Positions 8,531 to 15,818 of a stretch of DNA of 15,818 bases are shown in pieces. Location of the stretch: contig JBHGNT010000777.1 in the NCBI GenBank assembly GCA_043228905.1, positions 1-15,818 of the forward strand, given 5' to 3'. How positions within the stretch are numbered: position 1 is the stretch's first letter; each line of letters opens with the position of its first letter. The DNA comes from Azolla caroliniana. Taxonomy: Eukaryota > Plantae > Polypodiophyta. The position numbers and the translations under genes are program-made. The notes below the pieces were generated by a model, which saw only the letters and a program-made list of their open reading frames with translations, was not told the origin of the DNA and ran no database searches.

Positions 8531-9660
8531 TGTTCGTAGAAATTAATATACAAGTATGATCACTTAAAACAACCGGTGTCGCGATAACGCACGTGGGTCT
8601 TGGACTAGGGAGGATCCTTGGACTCAAAGGGAGCTTAGACTCTAACAGAGTGCAAAGTCAAACAGAGCCCAGGGTCGAAGAGAGCTTAGACTCAAAGGGA
8701 GCATAGAGTCAAAGGGAGCTCAGACTTGAAAGGAGCCTAGACTCGAAGGCAACTCAGAGTCGAAGGGAGCTTAAACTCAAAGTTAGCTTAGACTCAATGG
8801 GAGCTCGAACGCGAAGGGAGCTCAAACTCGAATAGACATCAAAGTCGAACAAAGCTTGGAGTCGAACAGAGCCCAGAGTTGAACTAAGCTCAAACTCGAG
8901 GGGAGCCTAGAGTTGAAGGGAGAGGCATGTTTTGGCCTTTCCTCTCTCCCTCTCTCTTTGCAGATAGGCCATGGTTACCACATGAGCTTAGAGTAGGACA
9001 TGCGATTAACATAATAATCACAATGTGGGCAAGCAATTAAAGCAATAGTCACAATATTAAGAAACGAAAACACAAGATTATGACCAAAAGCCTTGTTTCG
9101 AATTACAATCGTTTGATTAACCAAAAGAGAAACCCTTTATATCACATGGCTTACATTAGTAACGGTTGGCGATTACAAAGGTAGTGGTAATGCCAACCAC
9201 TAACTAAGCAACAAAGGAAGAAGGAAAAAGAGTAGAAGGATTAATCTTCCAATGAAGACAAGATGAGTGAGCCATCGAGACCATTGCTACCACTAATGGC
9301 TTCAATGTCACGATTTGGGGTAGTGTTCTCAAGCCACTCCATTCTCTCTTCATGCGACCAGTGTACTAGCTCAATTTCTAAACACTGAAGATGTCGAAGG
9401 CGAAGAAAACAAAGAAAGCATAAGAGCTCACAGTAGACTAGAACGCCCAAAATCCTCTCAGCCCTAAAATGTGCCCTCCACCCCCCCTTTTACACGAGGA
9501 GGCACACCCTTTGCATTCAATGCATATTCCTCCAACAGTGTTGCACTAACAAATCTTTTATGCTTTGAAGATCTCTTCATAAACCATTGCCTCCCCCCCC
9601 ACACCCCTCCTTTACCCACACGCATTCACCCTTCATTTTCCCACTTTCTACCTTTGGCCA
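8531..9660. mobile_element. Candidate solo LTR or other repeat insertion
   Basis: TG at 8531 and CA at 9660 are flanked by the 5-bp direct repeat CACCA (8526-8530, 9661-9665). The segment is non-coding, contains an internal 17-bp tandem array and has a degenerate TATA-like GTGTAAAAGGGG on the minus strand near 9490. The TSD match could be chance. Confidence 0.35.
8621..8922. repeat. 17-bp tandem minisatellite, about 17.8 units
   Basis: Consensus GA(C/G)TC(A/G)AAGGGAGCT(C/T)A. Units start every 17 bp from 8621 to 8910 with no indels. Confidence 0.92.
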
Positions 9661-10870
9661 CACCACATCACAACACTAGCATAATCACCTTTCTTGAGTC
9701 CCTCTAGTTTTTCTGCCTTCTAGTTCTAGCTAATTGTCATTTATCATTATTCATGTACCATAATACAATTAAATAAGAATCTACACAATGACAAAAATAC
9801 TAAGGACATCATGCGCTTTCATTTTATCTCGCCTTACAAATGTTACTATAATAGAAATATTATATATCTGCAAATGCACTTTGCTCCATTCTTTAACCGG
9901 AGACTAATAAACCATGATATTTGATCCAAATATTTAGAAAACATCAAGATTCACATTCTTGTCTTACCATTTGCTCAAAATTTCTAGTAGTTTACCCCCA
10001 AATTAAAACTTGACATGTCAATCATTTCATCATACAATGATTGCCTCACTTTAATTTACACTGATTGACATACATGTTAAATCATGGAAAAACACTGATA
10101 CACTGACATTACAATAACCGAACATGTGCCCACCGCACCACGAGGAAATAAATGTACCCAAATTTCATCCTTATATTAAAGCCAAAGTAATTAAATAGAA
10201 AGATTGGTCTCAGGAGATACTTCTCTTTCGATGACTTTATGTGACGGACTCATATGCAGCTTTAGGCTTTATGGTTACCTTTGCAGTTTACGGTGAGGAG
10301 GTCCATGGCCTTACACCACAATGCCTTCATTTACAGTTAATCTGCTTTTCATTTCAGTGCTTAGAGAGAGAGAACCTTCACATACGTGGTTCAATTTATT
10401 TTCACTCCGCTCCGGATTCAGTGTGCATGGCAAACACATGCACAAATAGAAACTATAATCTTGAAAAAATAATGCATATTCGCAAAAAAATGAGCTAAAG
10501 AAGAAAATTTCAAGGATTATCTCCTCAGTGCACACCTCAAATATATAATGCAAGTTCGCCTTCTGTTCGAGAATCTTCATCGCTCGCTATAACAATGAGA
10601 AAGAATGACAATAATCCTTCCGAATATATGACTATTGTAACAACAAGTGTACAAAAGGAAAAGGAGAACAAACTGCTACCACCTAGAGAGAGCACTGCCA
10701 TGCTTTATGTAAAGGAAAAAGCCACAAAACCTATCCTACAACCTGTAAGCTGAATCTCAGCTTTAGAACAAACTTTCTTTTATAATTTGCAGGTAGAACC
10801 AACTAACACACCCAACTTTCTTCCATCACATGTGTAGGCAGAAGCAAGGTTTTTGCACCCAGCTTTTCTT

Positions 10871-11620
10871 CTATAACCTGTATGCAGAATCAGCTATTGC
10901 ACCCAGCTTTGTTGATGCTGAAGTCGTTGATTTGGGGACATAGATTTGTTTCACTTTAGAAGATTGTCCAGAGCTCACTCTATCAGACACAAATCTCCCT
11001 GACGTTCCTCTTCTCTGATTGCCACCCAACCACTCTGTTCTCACACTATCTGTAGTTGCTGTATTCTGTTGAGATATCCTTGCTCTCGTATCTGGAAATG
11101 GTATAGGAGGACTTGCACGTCCGGCCGAAGGAGGTCCCATCCGAATAGAGCTATTCTTACTGTGATGTTTTTGAAACTCTATCTGATCATGTTCTGAGGT
11201 TACATTCAAACCACCTTTTCCACCATGAGGGGGACGAGGAGCACGACGGTTTTGTCTACCAAGCTTGCCAGCCGAACTCCCAACTGAAATGGAGCCCTCC
11301 ACACCCAAATCATTTAGGAGAAGAGAGTTTCCCGAGGGAGTAGTAGCCGGAGTCTCTCCAAGGCCAAGCTCGTCTGGAAATTGTGGAGTGGCATCAGAAG
11401 ATGAGAAGGAGCTCCTTGCTACAGGTTTTAAAACAGGTAGCTCATTAAAGCCACTACTCACATCCATGAGGTGAGCTATATGCCCCATCTGGTTCTGAAC
11501 AACCCTTGAAAGATGAGGCTGGGTGAGGTCGAGGGTAGATCCGACGGCAGAACCTGTCTGAGCTGAACCTGAAATGGCCATACTGGAAACTGGTGGAGCA
11601 GGCGCTTTGGACCAATGAGA
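10871..11620 (-). CDS. AT3G50370-like gene, last coding exon
   Basis: Acceptor tttttacag|. SHWSKAPAPP...FPDELGL...KVKQIYVPK...SAYRL then TAG. Confidence 0.88.
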   Translation of the reverse strand, partial: SHWSKAPAPPVSSMAISGSAQTGSAVGSTLDLTQPHLSRVVQNQMGHIAHLMDVSSGFNELPVLKPVARSSFSSSDATPQFPDELGLGETPATTPSGNSLLLNDLGVEGSISVGSSAGKLGRQNRRAPRPPHGGKGGLNVTSEHDQIEFQKHHSKNSSIRMGPPSAGRASPPIPFPDTRARISQQNTATTDSVRTEWLGGNQRRGTSGRFVSDRVSSGQSSKVKQIYVPKSTTSASTKLGAIADSAYRL

Positions 11621-14600
11621 CTGTAAAAATCAACCCACCCATTTGTTAATAATTTAGGAACAATAAAAAAAACATTTCTTGATGATAAGCACGTGAACCA
11701 AATCAATTACTGAAGAATTGTAAGAAAAACAAATGAATGTGATACTGCAAAATGAATTTAAATGGATCATTTCTTATCGATTATAATTTTGATGATAACC
11801 TCACTCAAATACTAAAATAAATTAATTGTGACTTAGTAAAGAAACAAATCCACGTTGTCCTAAGAATGTGACAGTTCTTCATGCCCATGTTCATAGGTGA
11901 TGATCCCCAATATTTGTAACTCGATTGGTCATCTTTTCAAATACACAAAAAATTCTGTTTTCCAAAAGGTAAGTGTTCTAACTAAACGTTTCAATCATTT
12001 CAAAAGTTTTCATCCCTAGCTGATGAAAATAGGTCACTGCTAATCTGTCCAAAAAGAAGTATGACATTGTGTATAAGGATAATTCATTTGTTGACAAACC
12101 AGAACAAATTCACAGTTATTTTAAGGAGGGGCAAGTGCTTGTCAGCTCCTATATGATACTTTAAAATAAACTAGACAAATATGAGGCTTTGAGGAATTAA
12201 TTGGAAAGCCTGTTCACATTTTTTAAGGGAATTGACTTACCATCCAAATGAATTTAGACTGAGAAATCTCTAAATCTAAAACATAAGCCAGAAATTCCCT
12301 GAGCAGCAGCTCAAACAATTTTCGACTTAACCCAGATCCAGTAAGTATAGTATCAAGTACTACTCGGTATGTACAATGGAAGTAGACTTACATACCAAAA
12401 CAACTCCCTGTTACTAATTATGGAAGCATACACATTCTCATCCCAAAAAACCTGACCAATCTTGGTCCAGTCATCTAGCTGCTGGCCTTCACAAATTGTG
12501 GACATGCATTGTGATAGGGATGCGGCGAACTTCGTCAGATCAGTTAGAGATTGAGGCAGGCAGATATGCATGAATACCTCCAGAAGAAAGAATTTGCCAA
12601 TTGTCATCAAAGAGTGGAATCTGAAGAACCCTATGTTTGTCACTGTAGTATTTTTTATGAAATAAGAGGGAGATATCATTGCCTCTTTAAACATCGCTTT
12701 GGCCCACTATGCAAGGCAATGGAATGTGAAGACCAACAGTACTTGGGGCTTTTTTCTTGCTAGATCTCAAGAGACACAGGGAAAAATTGTTGATGGACAA
12801 CAGTATGGCCACACAAGCTCATCAACAAAGAACAATCACAATTTTCTTTAGCCCCATCACTCCTACTTATGCTACAAGCCAATCAAGGGCTACGAAAATG
12901 GGCTCCCGACCAAGACATAACAAAGGGGTGACAATAGATTGGGCAATAGCAGTTTGTTGTGCAAAAAAGCCCCAACCCCATGCACCATGATCTCGCCACC
13001 CTTGTCATCAACAGATAAAGGCCATTATCTCCTGCAATCACAGGTGCTCCCCTCACTTCGGAGACCTCTTATTTAATCTTATTTACTTTTTTTTATTTAG
13101 TAACATTTATTTATTTCGATTTGTTGTCCTCAAAGACCAGACAACACTTAAAGATGTAATCTCTTGTTTAGCCTTATAGGCCATTTTGGCCTCTTAGAAG
13201 ACATTAATACATCTGTGTTTCCTTCTTTCTTCAAGTAATGAAAAATAATGGCAAGAGAAGCTAGAGCAATGTATTCATATGGACACTTGGTGAGTTTCAT
13301 TCAGTGCTTGGATTGATGAATTTGACAAGGAATGGCTATTCCGTTTCCACACAATGGCATACAGGCACAAATTCACCATAGTTACAGCAAAGAAGGCTGT
13401 CACAAGGAAACAACAACCAGATACTTAAACAAAAATAGTTGAATTTTCAGTACTCAGATCAGATACTTAATTATCATGAATAATCAGTCAACTACCCAAA
13501 ATTGGCATAATTATAGAAATTGGCTTCAAATATTTACTATGAGCAAGAGAAGCCGGATCCAAATATGCGTTTTCTCAATTCATGAATTAGGATGCAGATA
13601 TGTCTTATTATATAATGCCTCAATGTCAACTTGCATGAAAACCTCTGAAGTATATACGTGTGTGTGCAAGCATATGTGTACTTCTGTATGCATGTGTATT
13701 TGGGAATGGTTCAGAGGCCAGCGCCAATAGATGCAATTATGCTCTGGTTATGAAATTTGGTATGGATGAACCTAGATTCAAGAAGCCCCTGACATAATAG
13801 GGCATGCTTAGCATTGATTGCTCATGTTGAAGTTTTCAAAACTATTTTTTTTTCTGGTAGGAGCACCAACTGGCTGGAAAGCCATAAATTGATAGAAAAA
13901 GGATGCAGCATATCTTTATCTAACAGCAGAATGCACAAGAAAAAATATCATGAAATGGCTAGTACCTGGAAAGGTGCAGAAAGACCAGCCTCAAAGACAC
14001 TTTGGGTGGAAAGTGGCATAATGGAGGGTCCTGGGACAGACAATTGCTGGGGCGCATTAGGATTTGAAACCCCATTAGTGTGGCGTGAAGCCATCATTCC
14101 AGCATTAATTTCTCCATCATTCAGACCCAAAGCTCCTGAAGATGAAGATGGCATTGGGATATGTGTCCAATCTGGTTGCTTGCTAGGGTGATACGTTGCC
14201 CCCATGAAACCCACCCCAAGCTGTCCAAATTGTCCTACTGGTGTGAATGGATTGGCATAAACCACCATGTGTGGGTGTCCTTGAATGCCAGAGAGACCTG
14301 CTGGATTCATGAAAGGTGACGTACCATAAAAAGAATCTGGTGTTCCTAAATGTCTCTGCTGCCATCCTGCAAGACCTGTGTCCATTGAAGCAAAAGATGC
14401 ATCTTCACGTGGACCATAGGTAAAGATTGGCCCACCTAGCATCGGACCCATCTCTAAACAGGGATAGGGAGGAGCCCCACCTGGCAAAGACTGCAGCATT
14501 ACTCCCGAAGAAGCAGGAAGGCTGATGGTAGAAGCTTGATACAGTGGTGGTGGCATTTCAACCAGTAAATCAGCAGGGAGAGAAACCGAAATAGGATTTT

Positions 14601-15818
14601 CATTTGAACCATTGTTCAGGGCTTGGATAACAACTGGTCTTAGTCCTGTAAAATTATAAGATGCAATAACACATTTCATTATTTTAGAAAATTTTCTGTG
14701 ACTACAAGCAATTCGACTAGAGGGAGAATTCGCATATCACTGACCAGAAGTTGTAGGAATGGAATGAGTGTCATCTCCATTAATACCACCACTACCCAGA
14801 ACAGAATGACTTTGGATCACATCTTCATTACTGATAGCAGCTACTGCAACCGCAGAAGCAGCAGCTTCTGCTTCTGCCTCCAAATCTATAACTTTTACTT
14901 GAAAACTATCATGGACTCCTCCATGCTTCTCTTTAGCAGTAAATACAGTTTCCCCGTCTGATTCAAGAAAGTGTGAAACACGAGATGTCTCTGACCTGAG
15001 TTCCATCATTTGGGCATTTGAAAGCGGAGACAATGGAGAACTCGATGGAATAGGTGGCGAGGAGGTGACTGCACCTGCCAAGAGTAAAAGAGAAAATGCA
15101 TCATGAAAGCGCAAATGACTCAACTTCAGTGAAATTCCCATCATAACAGAAAAATAACAAAATGAACGGCACCAAACATTTGAATTAAGAAAATGGAACG
15201 CACCAAATTGGATCTTCTCTCCTGCCAACAATGAACTTATGGACCCAGGAACGTTGATTGGAATAGTTGATTTCTCAGACCCAGATACAACAATATGGGG
15301 TACCCCTGTGTCTAGTAGCACCGGGGCCCTTTCAGGAATGTGTGATTGATCAGGAAAATGTCCTTCAAGTCGGAATGGCTTCATTGCTTCTTCAAGCTGT
15401 ATTTGTGTAAAGCTAATCACCTACTCCAACATGAAGTTTCCATGTCAAAACAACAGAAATAATAGGCCAAGATAACTTGCAAAATATTCAGCATATTCTC
15501 ACTTCTTGATTGGACCGTTGCCCACCCCAAGCAGTAGATATTGAGGGCTCATTGCCACGACTTTCAAGTTGGTATCCACCTGACCCTGCAGCCTCAATAC
15601 TGATGACATTTGAAGGTGAGCTGGCTTGACCAACAGGCCTTCATATGGCCACAGCAATATACTCAATCAGAGAGAAAAAAAACAATCCTTGAATAAATAC
15701 AGAGATCATACTGGGCATCGCAACTTACTTGGGTAATGTAGAGGTACTTTTTTTAAGGGAATCGGATGATTTGCTTTTTATCTTTGTGCCCCGAGTCGAA
15801 GAAATGGCATGGGATGCT
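10871..15818 (-). CDS. 3' part (about 733 aa, 5' end outside window) of a large uncharacterised conserved plant protein, AT3G50370-like
   Basis: Frame-consistent GT-AG exons: (15818)-15729, 15638-15503, 15420-15204, 15074-14745, 14645-13966, 11620-10871. The spliced product has blocks I recognise from this family: WG..R.NQEVISFTQIQLEEAMKP, SLLAGEKIQFG|AVTS, EAEAEAAASAVAVAAISNE, GGPIFTYGP, GIQGHPHMVVY..F.PVGQFGQLG..FMG.TY.PSKQPDW.H, FPDELGL and C-terminal VKQIYVPK. The family assignment is from memory, not a search. Confidence 0.88.
12500..13200 (+). mobile_element. Decayed LINE 3' end, copy B (same family as copy A), antisense within the 2.3-kb intron of the AT3G50370-like gene
   Basis: Aligns to about 160-975 of this window. 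It has its own frameshifts and stops, a deletion of about 103 bp, and the same terminal AGGCCATTTTGGCCT hairpin. Confidence 0.8.
13966..14645 (-). CDS. AT3G50370-like gene, exon
   Basis: Acceptor ttacag|. (G)LRPVVIQ...HPHMVVY...KQPDWTH...SAPFQ. Donor CAG|GTACTA. Confidence 0.92.
14745..15074 (-). CDS. AT3G50370-like gene, exon
   Basis: Acceptor tggcag|. (G)AVTSSPP...EAEAEAAASAVAVAAISNE...IPTTS. Donor G|GTCAGT. Confidence 0.9.
15204..15420 (-). CDS. AT3G50370-like gene, exon
   Basis: Acceptor gagtag|. VISFTQIQLEEAMKP...SLLAGEKIQF(G). Donor G|GTGCGT. Confidence 0.9.
15503..15638 (-). CDS. AT3G50370-like gene, exon
   Basis: Acceptor atgaag| (AAG, weaker). (K)PVGQASSPSNVISIE...STAWGGQRSNQE. 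Donor |GTGAGA. Confidence 0.8.
15729..15818 (-). CDS. AT3G50370-like gene, partial exon at window edge
   Basis: Open frame ASHAISSTRGTKIKSKSSDSLKKSTSTLP. Donor AA|GTAAGT, phase 2, matches the next exon. Confidence 0.8.

Noticed and set aside
8621-8922. CRISPR-like appearance of the 17-bp array
   Set aside because: Contiguous degenerate units, no unique spacers, no cas genes, eukaryotic context.
10241-10580. ORFs 10241-10498 (+) and 10311-10580 (-)
   Set aside because: Short, no domain, and located in the likely 3' UTR or flank of the AT3G50370-like gene.
11895-12025. TGATGA...CTGA as a C/D-box snoRNA
   Set aside because: Antisense to the host gene, no terminal stem and no recognisable rRNA guide.
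13814-14191. 125-aa plus-strand ORF (also 11265-11474 and 14698-14961)
   Set aside because: Antisense shadows of real minus-strand exons.

Overview
Eukaryotic, intron-rich land-plant nuclear DNA. The microsatellite-rich style suggests a fern or lycophyte, which is inference. All genes are on the minus strand. (1) A complete 11-exon TOM40 gene (mitochondrial outer-membrane import channel, 321 aa) lies at 7610->4238, with one GC-AG intron and an N-terminal MGxxxS myristoylation-type motif. (2) The last six coding exons (about 733 aa) of a large uncharacterised plant protein resembling Arabidopsis AT3G50370 run 15818->10871. (3) A possible first exon of a third gene lies at 1820->1657. Repeats include two decayed plus-strand 3' ends of one LINE family (about 61-1005 and 12500-13200) sharing a terminal hairpin, and a probable decayed zf-RVT LINE fragment. 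Upstream of TOM40 are microsatellites, a hexamer minisatellite, a strictly phased 17-bp array and a candidate solo LTR. I see no prokaryotic-type system or CRISPR array. The most interesting signals concern splicing and regulation and remain hypotheses.
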